Shown here piece after piece: positions 53,705-61,859 of a DNA stretch of 64,000 nt; the first letter of the stretch is position 1, and each line of letters starts with the position of its first letter. Made by a program: the position numbers and the translations under genes. This stretch comes from Candidatus Levyibacteriota bacterium. Lineage in GTDB: Bacteria > Patescibacteriota > Microgenomatia > Levybacterales > UBA12049. A model generated the notes under the pieces. The model was given only the letters and a program-made list of their open reading frames with translations, made no database searches and was not told the DNA's origin. Where the stretch lies: assembly GCA_027459745.1 (NCBI GenBank), contig DAIDHL010000003.1:65125-129124 (forward strand), read 5' to 3'.

Positions 53705-54157
53705 TTGTTACTACTTATGAAAGCCGAACGTGTCATACTTTCTTTTATAGCTGTATTAGTTGGCCTTATGGTCGCTGGTGGAACTTTTTATGTGTATGAT
53801 CATTACTTAAAGACCTCGCCCAAACCATTAACTCAAGTTATAACCATAAAACCAACTACTGTTCCTTCACCTACGTCGGCTCCAAAAGGTGATTTCTTTA
53901 CTATCAATGAGCCCAACGACGAAAGCGTCTTGACTACACATGCCATTAGTGTAAGTGGTAAAGCTACTAAAGGAAGTATTATTGTTGTCTCAACTACCAG
54001 CACAGATCAAGTTGGAGTTGCGTCCAATGATGGTACCTATTCTTTAAGTACTACTATTGACAACGACACCAATCCTTTGTATATTACGGCGATTTTCCCT
54101 GACGGTACAGAACAAACAATGGTCAAGACATTAACTTATTCAACACAACAATTCTAA
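53705..54157 (+). CDS. Hypothetical exported protein (N-terminal TM anchor, Thr/Ser-rich)
   Basis: TM ILSFIAVLVGLMVAGGTFYV. No motif. Confidence 0.45.
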   Translation: MLLLMKAERVILSFIAVLVGLMVAGGTFYVYDHYLKTSPKPLTQVITIKPTTVPSPTSAPKGDFFTINEPNDESVLTTHAISVSGKATKGSIIVVSTTSTDQVGVASNDGTYSLSTTIDNDTNPLYITAIFPDGTEQTMVKTLTYSTQQF

Positions 54158-54159
54158 AT

Positions 54160-54927
54160 ATGAACATCAATTTTAAAATTTATATTACCGTATTTACTGT
54201 TTTATTTGGTCTTTTGATTTTTGTATTTCCTCATCCTATTCACGCCCAATCAAGTGCTTCTTCTAGTGCATCACTTAGCCCGACTACCCCTCCCAATGAA
54301 CAATCAATTTTAAATAAAATTAAAAAAGAAGTTTCCCAAATGAATCTGGTAGAAAAGAGAGGCATCATGGGCACAGTTGTCAGTATTGGTAGCACTTCGA
54401 TCACCATCAATGATTTACAAAATAACACACGGTTTATTGATGCTGACGAAATTACTAAATTTTATGATCTAAATGGTAATACTATCGGAATTTCCGATCT
54501 ACCTAAAGGCTCGGTCATCACCGCTCTTGGACTATGGAACAAAGACTCTGAACATTTACTCGCACGTTACATCAATGTTTATGCTATGCCAACATATTTG
54601 AGTGGAGAAATCGCTTCCATTGACCGTATTAACGGAACTTTTATGTTGGCAGTCAATGGTGATAAGCAAGATAAAATTGATGTTGAAGCTTTTACAAACA
54701 CTTACTCTTCAGCCCAGGGTGCTGAGATTACCAAATCAGGTTTTTCAAAATTAGTTGAAGGAGATAGAGTAATTATTTATGGATATCCAAGCAAGACAGA
54801 TAAAACTATGACAGTCGCTAATCGAATTATACAATTTGAAGGAGCACCCAAAAACCCTACTATTAATCTATCAGTTTCACCTACTGCCGGCCCTTCCGCC
54901 ACCGTCACCCCCAAAGCAAGTAAGTAG
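54160..54927 (+). CDS. Hypothetical exported protein (signal peptide, Ser-rich linker)
   Basis: Signal-like N-terminus ITVFTVLFGLLIFVFPHPIHA. Translationally coupled to the upstream gene (3-nt gap). Confidence 0.45.
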   Translation: MNINFKIYITVFTVLFGLLIFVFPHPIHAQSSASSSASLSPTTPPNEQSILNKIKKEVSQMNLVEKRGIMGTVVSIGSTSITINDLQNNTRFIDADEITKFYDLNGNTIGISDLPKGSVITALGLWNKDSEHLLARYINVYAMPTYLSGEIASIDRINGTFMLAVNGDKQDKIDVEAFTNTYSSAQGAEITKSGFSKLVEGDRVIIYGYPSKTDKTMTVANRIIQFEGAPKNPTINLSVSPTAGPSATVTPKASK

Positions 54928-54967
54928 TATAAAAGCATTAAAATTGACAGGAAAAATATAATATTAC

Positions 54968-55024
54968 ATTTTTTCTGTCATCCTGAGCGACCGAGTTATA
55001 TGAGGGAGTCGAAGGATCCCCTAG
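54968..55024 (+). repeat. Structured ~50-nt repeat, copy 2 (TTCTGTCATCCTGAGCGACCGAGTTATATGAGGGAGTCGAAGGATCCC)
   Basis: Direct repeat of the 53032 copy. Together they flank a 1.9-kb block of three exported-protein genes. Confidence 0.6.
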
Positions 55025-55065
55025 ATTTTGTACCCAAACAGCAATATTATGTCTAAACCTACTAT

Positions 55066-55094
55066 TTGACTTTATTTAGATAAAGTGCTATACT
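55066..55094 (+). promoter_or_regulatory. Sigma70-type promoter TTGACT-17 nt-TGcTATACT (extended -10) for the yerC-like gene
   Basis: Read directly: -35 at 55066-55071, TGn at 55086-88, -10 at 55089-55094, ATG at 55110. Confidence 0.5.
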
Positions 55095-55109
55095 TTATTT
55101 TGCTAAAGT

Positions 55110-55421
55110 ATGAAATTAAATATAAAAACCAAACAACTATATAAAGCTATTCTTAATTTGCAGACTGAAAACGAATGTCAGAAGTTTTTTCGCGACCTGC
55201 TGACTGAAGCGGAAATTAAGGAATTTTCCAATCGTTGGAGAGTAGCTCAAATGCTGAATGAGAAAGTCGCTTATGAACTAATCACACAAGAAACTGGTAT
55301 GAGTTCTACTACTATCGCCCGCACTAATAAGTGGTTAACAGACGGCATGGGTGGCTACAAACTTATGTTAAAAAGATTAAAAGATATGAACCATCATCAC
55401 TCCCCTCTCGTGGCGGAGTGA
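55110..55421 (+). CDS. yerC: TrpR-like protein of the YerC/YecD family (small HTH regulator)
   Basis: LYKAILNLQTENECQKFFRDLLTEAEIKEFSNRWRVAQML...GMSSTTIARTNKWL matches the family's length and conserved helices. Confidence 0.7.
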   Translation: MKLNIKTKQLYKAILNLQTENECQKFFRDLLTEAEIKEFSNRWRVAQMLNEKVAYELITQETGMSSTTIARTNKWLTDGMGGYKLMLKRLKDMNHHHSPLVAE

Positions 55422-55467
55422 TTGTCTTGGTTTAGAGTAATAAACTCAAATTAAACAAAAATAATCA

Positions 55468-55488
55468 CCCCGCCAAGCGGGGTTTTTT
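55468..55488 (+). terminator. Rho-independent terminator after yerC (CCCCGC-CAAG-GCGGGG + TTTTTT)
   Basis: GC-rich 6-bp stem with a tetraloop, followed by a T6 run. Confidence 0.8.
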
Positions 55489-55496
55489 AGTGGGAG

Positions 55497-55525
55497 AGCT
55501 TAGCTTCCCCATAACAAGCTAAGCT
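55497..55525 (+). promoter_or_regulatory. Perfect 10-bp inverted repeat AGCTTAGCTT-N9-AAGCTAAGCT just upstream of the RBS of the racemase-GNAT gene; candidate operator
   Basis: Read directly. It lies between the yerC terminator and GGAAAGGAAAA-N2-ATG. Confidence 0.45.
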
Positions 55526-55542
55526 TGGTGGAAAGGAAAATT

Positions 55543-56961
55543 ATGAATAAAGAAAACATGAATTCAAATGAAAATATATTTGGTAGAGATACCAGTTTGA
55601 AATTTAAAATATTTCGCCCAGGTGGAAATGATACTTGTTTAATTGAAGGTCTAGAACCAAATCCAAATAAACGAGGACTCATAAATTCTATTATGCTTGA
55701 TACCTATAAAAATGTAGAGCAAGTAGGATTTATTAATTCGTCTCCCACTAACCCTGAACTTGTGATGGCAGGTGGAGAATTTTGCGGTAATGCTACTAGA
55801 AGTGCAGCTTGGCAGATTTTAAACGGCCAACCTGGTCAAATTGAAATTAAAGTTTCTGGCGCCGAGCAAAAATTAAAAGCCGGTGTAACCGAAGCTGGAG
55901 AAGCATTTGCTCAAATGCCAGTTTATGAGGATCCCCAATATATTACTGAAGATCCAAACAATCCTGGCAATTACACCGTAAAGATGCAAGGTATTACACA
56001 CTATCTTGATTTTAATTCTGAACAGTTAGCAGGATTAACTGAAGAAGAAATAAAAGTTAAAGGCATGGAACAAATAAGACAAGCCAAACTCGATACTGAG
56101 CCAGCAGCTGGCACAATTTATGTAAAACAAACGAAGGGGAAATACGAAATTAGTCCTGTTGTTTATGTCAGAGACACAAAATGTTTATATTATGAAACTG
56201 CCTGCGGTAGTGGGACAACGGCTCTTGGCTTATCTTTAGCTTTAAAGGCTGGCAAATCAATTAATAATGTACAAATCATGCAACCATCTGGTTTACCAAT
56301 TGCTGTGAGTGTAGATTTTGATGGAAATAAATTTGGCTATACACAAATTCAAGGACCGATAAATAAGTTAGCCAAAGGAGAGTTAGAAATTAAAGCAAAT
56401 AAAAATATTTATACTGTTGAAGATATCGAATATGGCGCCCAATTAGATCAAGCCTTGGATGATGGCCTTATCTCGCTTTACCAAGAAGCGTTTGGAGAAT
56501 TCCCTTATGATGAAAAATTTAAACCAGAAGATGTAAAAGAATATTTTATAAACTATTTACTCAGTGGAAATATCTCAATTGCTAGAGACGCCCAACAAGT
56601 TGTTGCCTTTGAAGCTTCTGTCCCACTTTGGAGTTCAGAATCTCCTGATCTGTTGAAAAGAAGATATGGTGCTAATTCTGATATTTGGTATTTTGCTGAA
56701 TTAGGCGTAAGTAAAAATAGTAGAAGAAAAGGTTTAGGAAAAAGATTAGCCGAAAGACGCATCCAAGCTTTAACTAACTCAACCATGATTCTTAGAACAA
56801 GTATAAATAATACGAGAGCAATCCCTTTATATGAACAATTAGGATTTACTCGTTTAAAAGATCTGGGAGAATTTGTAATTAATCTTCGAACCGATGGGAC
56901 GACACGTACGGATGAAAGAATCTATATGTTAAAGAAAGGAAAAAATGAAAAGAAATTATAA
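55543..56961 (+). CDS. Fusion protein: DapF-family PLP-independent amino-acid racemase/epimerase fold (both catalytic Cys present) + C-terminal GNAT N-acetyltransferase
   Basis: MAGGEFCGNATRSAAW resembles the DapF first catalytic motif MCGNGARC. ETACGSGTTALG resembles the DapF second catalytic motif ACGTGA. The C-terminal RRKGLGKRLAERRI is a GNAT acetyl-CoA-binding motif Q/RxxGxG/A. The track starts at TTG 55525; ATG 55543 follows an SD. Confidence 0.6.
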   Translation: MNKENMNSNENIFGRDTSLKFKIFRPGGNDTCLIEGLEPNPNKRGLINSIMLDTYKNVEQVGFINSSPTNPELVMAGGEFCGNATRSAAWQILNGQPGQIEIKVSGAEQKLKAGVTEAGEAFAQMPVYEDPQYITEDPNNPGNYTVKMQGITHYLDFNSEQLAGLTEEEIKVKGMEQIRQAKLDTEPAAGTIYVKQTKGKYEISPVVYVRDTKCLYYETACGSGTTALGLSLALKAGKSINNVQIMQPSGLPIAVSVDFDGNKFGYTQIQGPINKLAKGELEIKANKNIYTVEDIEYGAQLDQALDDGLISLYQEAFGEFPYDEKFKPEDVKEYFINYLLSGNISIARDAQQVVAFEASVPLWSSESPDLLKRRYGANSDIWYFAELGVSKNSRRKGLGKRLAERRIQALTNSTMILRTSINNTRAIPLYEQLGFTRLKDLGEFVINLRTDGTTRTDERIYMLKKGKNEKKL

Positions 56962-57655
56962 AAAATTAGAGGCAAAACTAGTTAAATACCAAGACTTAAT
57001 TTCTATTGTGATACAAGATAATAAAGAACCTTTTGTCAAGATTACTGATATCCCCAATGGTTATCAAGTGGAGTTAAATGATATGCAAAAATTGACTAAC
57101 AATTCTATTTTTGTCAGAAAATCAGTCTTTGAAATGCTTACTAAAGCTCAACAGATTTTACACACTAGGTATCCTACTCTATCTTTATTTGTTACATATG
57201 GATTTAGAGATTTGGACATACAAACTAAAAATTTTGTTAAAGAAATCCAACGCATTAATCAATTTTTTAGTAATCCGACTGATCTTTATGAAGAAGCACA
57301 CCGTTTTATCGCCGTCCCTACTGTGGCTGGTCATGCTACCGGAGGAGCTATTGATATTTCCATCATCGATGTCAATACTAAAAAAATTATTGATTTTGGC
57401 TCCAAACAATATGATCTAGGTAACAAAGATTGTTATACCTTTAGTCCTTATATATCAAAGACAGGTAAAACAAATAGAACCATTCTAAGAGATTGCTTGA
57501 TGTCTGTAGGTTTTGCTCCCTTTGATGGTGAATGGTGGCACTTTTCATATGGTGACCGTGAATGGGCATATTATTATAAGAAACCGTTTGCTATTTATAA
57601 ACAAAAAGTCATCGATGTAATAACGATTAATCAACTAATAAAAACATATGAATAA
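56945..57655 (+). CDS. D-Ala-D-Ala dipeptidase, peptidase M15 (VanX/DdpX-like)
   Basis: TYGFRD, HATGGAIDISIID (SxHxxGxAxD Zn-binding) and EWWHFSY (the E..WH catalytic motif) match VanX-family signatures. Overlaps the upstream gene by 17 nt. Confidence 0.7.
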   Translation: MKRNYKKLEAKLVKYQDLISIVIQDNKEPFVKITDIPNGYQVELNDMQKLTNNSIFVRKSVFEMLTKAQQILHTRYPTLSLFVTYGFRDLDIQTKNFVKEIQRINQFFSNPTDLYEEAHRFIAVPTVAGHATGGAIDISIIDVNTKKIIDFGSKQYDLGNKDCYTFSPYISKTGKTNRTILRDCLMSVGFAPFDGEWWHFSYGDREWAYYYKKPFAIYKQKVIDVITINQLIKTYE

Positions 57656-58442
57656 AGAAATTGATTTAAAATATTTAAGTTCAGGTGAATTTGGAGATAC
57701 TGCCACAACTCAAATTCGACCTTATAAACAATATGCTAAAGAAAGAACAAGAATCGCTATTCCTGGTGGTGAATTAACCGGAGAAGTGATGCAGTTTTTA
57801 CAGAATATTGGACTCGATCTGGGAAATCCCGGTAGGAAATTGAAGATTTCTGTTGGCAATATGCCCTTGGATTTAATAGTAATTCGGGCTAGCACAGTTC
57901 CAGAAATGGTCGAGCGCGATGATTCACTCATCAAAGCCGGGATAACTGGAAGTGATATTTTGTGGGAAGCAGGTATGGGCAAAGATGCAGGAGAGAAACT
58001 TCCTGTGGGAGAAATTAATGATGAACCTGAAGATACATGGCAATTATATATCGGTATGTCACAAAAACTTAGTCGACAAATAGCACAAGTGAAAGATAGA
58101 AGACCAACTATACTAGATCTAAATGGACAAACTATAGTCTCAAAATTTCCTAGAATTACAACCGAAATTCTACAAGAAAGGATTGGTAAATTTGATGTTT
58201 TTTATACTCCCGGAAAGGTAGAGGCAATACAGTATTGCCTTCCTTACAATGGTGTTATGGATGTTGTAGCTTCTGGTGCGACTGCAAAAGCTAATGGGAT
58301 ACAAATTCTGGATAGATTTTATGATGTTACGACTCGTATGATTACTTCCTCTGATAATAAATTAAATGCAACTGATAGAGCTGTTCTTAACGAGTTTAAA
58401 AATTGCATCTACGTTGCACAACAAAGTAGAAGAATGCTATGA
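57648..58442 (+). CDS. hisG: ATP phosphoribosyltransferase-like protein (HisG catalytic domain)
   Basis: RIAIPGGELTGEV, NMPLDLIVIRASTVPEMVE...AGITGSDILWE and VVASGATAKANGIQIL parallel the E. coli HisG motifs RIAMQKSGRL, NMPIDILRVRDDDIP..DLGIIGENVLEE and LVSTGATLEANGL. Confidence 0.6.
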   Translation: MNKEIDLKYLSSGEFGDTATTQIRPYKQYAKERTRIAIPGGELTGEVMQFLQNIGLDLGNPGRKLKISVGNMPLDLIVIRASTVPEMVERDDSLIKAGITGSDILWEAGMGKDAGEKLPVGEINDEPEDTWQLYIGMSQKLSRQIAQVKDRRPTILDLNGQTIVSKFPRITTEILQERIGKFDVFYTPGKVEAIQYCLPYNGVMDVVASGATAKANGIQILDRFYDVTTRMITSSDNKLNATDRAVLNEFKNCIYVAQQSRRML

Positions 58443-58457
58443 TTAGTTCAATAAAAT

Positions 58458-59702
58458 ATGAATAATGTACAAAACCTTAAAGGATTTAGAGATTTTTTGC
58501 CAACAGAAGCTAGGAAACGACAGTATATGATCGAAAAGATCAAATCTGCCTTCTCATCCTTTGGCTTTGAACCATTGGAAACCCCAGCCTTGGAATATGA
58601 AGAACTGCTCATGGGTAAATATGGCACTGAAGGCGACAAATTGATGTACCGTTTCACTGACAACGGAGATCGTCGTGTGGCCATGCGTTATGACCAAACT
58701 GTTCCCTTAGCCCGCGTGGTAGCTCAATATGGCGACAAACTTATCATGCCTTTCAAACGTTACCAAATCCAGCCAGTCTGGCGGGCAGAAAACACCCAAA
58801 AAGGTCGTTTTAGAGAATTTCTGCAATGTGATGTAGATATCGTCGGAGTTGATAATCCCCTGTCTGATGTCGAAACGATCGTGGCAGCAGGCAAAGCTGT
58901 GGAAGCTTTAGGTTTCCCCAATTTCAAAATCCTCATTAATGACCGTAATATCTTTAAAGAACTGACCTACAACGAACAATTCAAAATTGATGAATCTCAA
59001 TTGTCCATGATTATCCGAGCCATTGATAAATTGAAAAAAATCGGTGAAGAAAAAGTTATAGAAGAAATGGTAACTAATGGTCTAAAAAAAGACAAAGCCG
59101 AATTTATTCTCAAAACTTTACAAAACCAACAGCCAACCATGCGCCTGAAAATTATCTTTCACCTGCTAAAAAGAATGGGTCTAAGAGCCGAACAATTTGT
59201 TTTCTTACCCACACTCGCCCGCGGTTTGGATTATTATACCGGTCTAATATTTGAGATTGAAATCGACGGTTATACCGCAGGTTCAGTTGCTGGCGGAGGA
59301 AGATACAACAACCTAATTGGCATGTTCTCTGGGAAACCAGTACCAGCAGTGGGATTTGCCTTGGGTTTTGATCGTTTACTCGATGCCATGGAAGAAAAAA
59401 ATCTTTTCCCAACTAACTTACAAAAGACCAAAGTTATGATCAGCATTTTTAATATGGATTTTGAAGACAATGCTGTTGAGATTAGTTCTCGCTTACGCTC
59501 GAACAATATTGATTGTGAGTTATATTCTGATAGCAATGCCAAAATGGAAAAACAACTCAAATATGCTGATCAGAAAGGGATTCCATATGTCATTATCCAG
59601 GGCCCAAATGAAGTAGAAAAACAGGTGGTGGTTTTAAAAAATTTACAAAGCCGCGAACAACAAACTCTCACCCTTGAAGAAGCTATAAGTATACTAAAAT
59701 AA
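58458..59702 (+). CDS. hisS: Histidyl-tRNA synthetase (class II), with anticodon-binding domain
   Basis: Motif 1 region. Motif 2 YRFTDNGDRRVAMRYDQTVPLAR. Motif 3 GGRYNNLIGMFSGKPVPAVGFALGFDRL. A C-terminal alpha/beta anticodon-binding domain is present. Confidence 0.85.
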   Translation: MNNVQNLKGFRDFLPTEARKRQYMIEKIKSAFSSFGFEPLETPALEYEELLMGKYGTEGDKLMYRFTDNGDRRVAMRYDQTVPLARVVAQYGDKLIMPFKRYQIQPVWRAENTQKGRFREFLQCDVDIVGVDNPLSDVETIVAAGKAVEALGFPNFKILINDRNIFKELTYNEQFKIDESQLSMIIRAIDKLKKIGEEKVIEEMVTNGLKKDKAEFILKTLQNQQPTMRLKIIFHLLKRMGLRAEQFVFLPTLARGLDYYTGLIFEIEIDGYTAGSVAGGGRYNNLIGMFSGKPVPAVGFALGFDRLLDAMEEKNLFPTNLQKTKVMISIFNMDFEDNAVEISSRLRSNNIDCELYSDSNAKMEKQLKYADQKGIPYVIIQGPNEVEKQVVVLKNLQSREQQTLTLEEAISILK

Positions 59703-59707
59703 ATTTG

Positions 59708-60295
59708 TTAAGGTTTTCGTTTGTATACTACCTTGGGTATTTTCCCTACTTCTTTGATTAAAGAATCTACACCTTCATTAACTTGACCTAATCTAGTTAT
59801 AAAATCTTTATTACCTAATAACGGATTGTTAGCTACTATTTCATTTGCCCAGGCAGTACCAGCTGAGTAGACCTCCTGAATACTCACTGTTTTATCATCA
59901 TTAACCTCAGTGGCTAAAGGAAATAATTTACTATCTGCAATTTGACCGACTACCACCGCCGCGGCAAATCTTTGCTCATCAATTTGTTGCTGATCACTAC
60001 CTGTCAAACTAGCCTTAAAAAATATATTTTCTAAGTTAAGCTGCGGATATACGCCTCTATAACGTGCCAAAACACTAAAGGGATCTTGAGAAATTACTTG
60101 TCCTAAATGATCACGATGTATTCTAGCCTTCTGATCTCTTTTGAGCATAAATAGTCTAGCTTTTCTGGTGGCTTCTAAATCTGGAGACTTTGAACGAGCA
60201 ACTACGAGGTACTGATTGCCATCTGAACCCGGCTTTAAGGTGGCGTCATTCACACCTGGCTCATTACTAGATGATCTGGCTTCCGCGGGAATCAT
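59708..60295 (-). CDS. Hypothetical protein
   Basis: 195-aa ORF; no motif. Confidence 0.4.
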   Translation of the reverse strand: MIPAEARSSSNEPGVNDATLKPGSDGNQYLVVARSKSPDLEATRKARLFMLKRDQKARIHRDHLGQVISQDPFSVLARYRGVYPQLNLENIFFKASLTGSDQQQIDEQRFAAAVVVGQIADSKLFPLATEVNDDKTVSIQEVYSAGTAWANEIVANNPLLGNKDFITRLGQVNEGVDSLIKEVGKIPKVVYKRKP

Positions 60296-60510
60296 TCCTC
60301 ACCAATTTACCTAAACACTGTTTATTTGTCAATATTTTTCAGCTATTTCTTACCCAATTTTAATATTCTGTGCTCAAGATTCTGATTTTATGTGCCAAAC
60401 CCTTTAACTCTTTAACCCATTAACGCGTTAATCTTCCTACCTAAATGAGGCTAAATTAGGCACAATAGTAATTGCAATAATGATAGGAAATGTTGTATAA
60501 TGACAAGACT

Positions 60511-60810
60511 ATGAAAGCAGCTATCCATCCAAAATACAATCATCAGGCACAAGTTATCTGTGTTTGCGGTAACAAATTTACCGTAGGCTCAACTAAAGAC
60601 GTTATTCACGTTGAATTGTGCTATCAATGCCATCCATTCTATACTGGACAGGATCGTTTCGTCGATACTGGTTCTAGGATCAGTAGATTCCAAGAAAAAC
60701 GTGATCAAGCTCAGGTACACAAAGCTCAGGTTACTAAAAAGAAAGAAGAAAAGCGCAAACAACAGGAAGGCCCCAAGACTCTTCGGGAGATGCTTCAATC
60801 GTTAAAGTAG
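60511..60810 (+). CDS. rpmE: 50S ribosomal protein L31 (zinc-ribbon type) with a Lys/Glu-rich C-terminal extension
   Basis: MKAAIHPKYNHQAQVICVCGNKF...LCYQCHPFYTG carries the CxC...CxxC Zn motif. About 100 aa versus about 70 typical. The ORF track starts at an upstream alternative codon (60490). Confidence 0.85.
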   Translation: MKAAIHPKYNHQAQVICVCGNKFTVGSTKDVIHVELCYQCHPFYTGQDRFVDTGSRISRFQEKRDQAQVHKAQVTKKKEEKRKQQEGPKTLREMLQSLK

Positions 60811-60924
60811 CAAAGCTACTCTTTAGTTCGTAATGTTCATCAAGTAATAAAGTTTATAATATATAATCTTATAAATCCTTTTCTTTACAAACTTTATTGA
60901 CTTTATAACTTTATAAACTTTTAT

Positions 60925-61824
60925 ATGGACTACCGATTAATTCAAATTCAAGATTTAGAGCAAAAAATTGCTGAAACTAAACCGCTTTTGGAAGATTCAG
61001 CTTTGGCTGATATGGCACTGGAAGAAATTCACAAGCTTGAAGCTGAAAAAAAAGCTATTGAAGATACTATGCAGCCAGAAGATCCCAATGATTCGCTTGA
61101 TCAAAGAAATGTCATTTTAGAAACCAAAGGAGCAGCCGGTGGAGATGAAGCCAAGTTGTGGTCTGAAGAACTACTGCGCATGTACTCCCGATCTGCTCAA
61201 TTGAGAGGCTACAAAGTTGAAGTGCTAGACGACCATGTCATTAAAATTTCTGGCCGTGACGCATTTAAAGTTTTTAAATATGAAGCCGGTGTGCATCGCG
61301 TGCAAAGAGTGCCAGAAACAGAAAAACGCGGACGTGTTCATACCTCCACTGCTACTGTTTCTGTGCTACCTGAATTGGAAGATATTGATTTACACATTAG
61401 TCCCGATGATATCGAATTTGAGGCTTTCCGCGCTGGCGGACACGGTGGACAAAATGTCAATAAAGTTTCCACAGCTGTGCGTTTAGTACACAAACCAACC
61501 GGCATAACTGTAGTCTGTCGAACTGAACGCTTCCAGGGACAAAATCGTGAAATCGCCATGACAATGTTGCGCGCTAAATTATGGGAAATTGAAGTAGAAA
61601 AACAACAGAAAGAAATTTCTTCTTTACGATTAACCCAAGTAGGCCGTGGTATGCGCAGTGAGAAAATTAAGACTTATAATTTCCCCCAAGACCGTCTTAC
61701 GGATCATCGTATCAAACAATCATGGAGTAATTTACCGGTTATAATGGAAGGTGAAATACCACAAGCCGATTATTCCCAGCTCGACAACAACTCGATAGAC
61801 AACTCTGCCGATGAGGAAGAGTGA
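60925..61824 (+). CDS. prfA: Peptide chain release factor 1 (short N-terminal domain)
   Basis: [21 protein letters not shown] (GGDEA is RF1-type; RF2 has GGTEA). GGQ motif [19 protein letters not shown]. The tripeptide position reads VPETE (PET instead of the canonical PAT/PVT). Confidence 0.85.
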   Translation: MDYRLIQIQDLEQKIAETKPLLEDSALADMALEEIHKLEAEKKAIEDTMQPEDPNDSLDQRNVILETKGAAGGDEAKLWSEELLRMYSRSAQLRGYKVEVLDDHVIKISGRDAFKVFKYEAGVHRVQRVPETEKRGRVHTSTATVSVLPELEDIDLHISPDDIEFEAFRAGGHGGQNVNKVSTAVRLVHKPTGITVVCRTERFQGQNREIAMTMLRAKLWEIEVEKQQKEISSLRLTQVGRGMRSEKIKTYNFPQDRLTDHRIKQSWSNLPVIMEGEIPQADYSQLDNNSIDNSADEEE

Positions 61825-61859
61825 TCATTCATTACTTTTGTAAGTTGCCTCTATTTATA

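Noticed and set aside
58458-59702. HisZ (the regulatory HisS paralogue) because of its adjacency to hisG
   Set aside because: A full C-terminal anticodon-binding domain and intact class II motifs 1-3 are present, so it fits a bona fide HisS better.
60925-61824. Release factor 2 with a programmed +1 frameshift
   Set aside because: The motifs GGDEA and the position of the recognition tripeptide match RF1, not RF2 (GGTEA / SPF), and the ORF is continuous.
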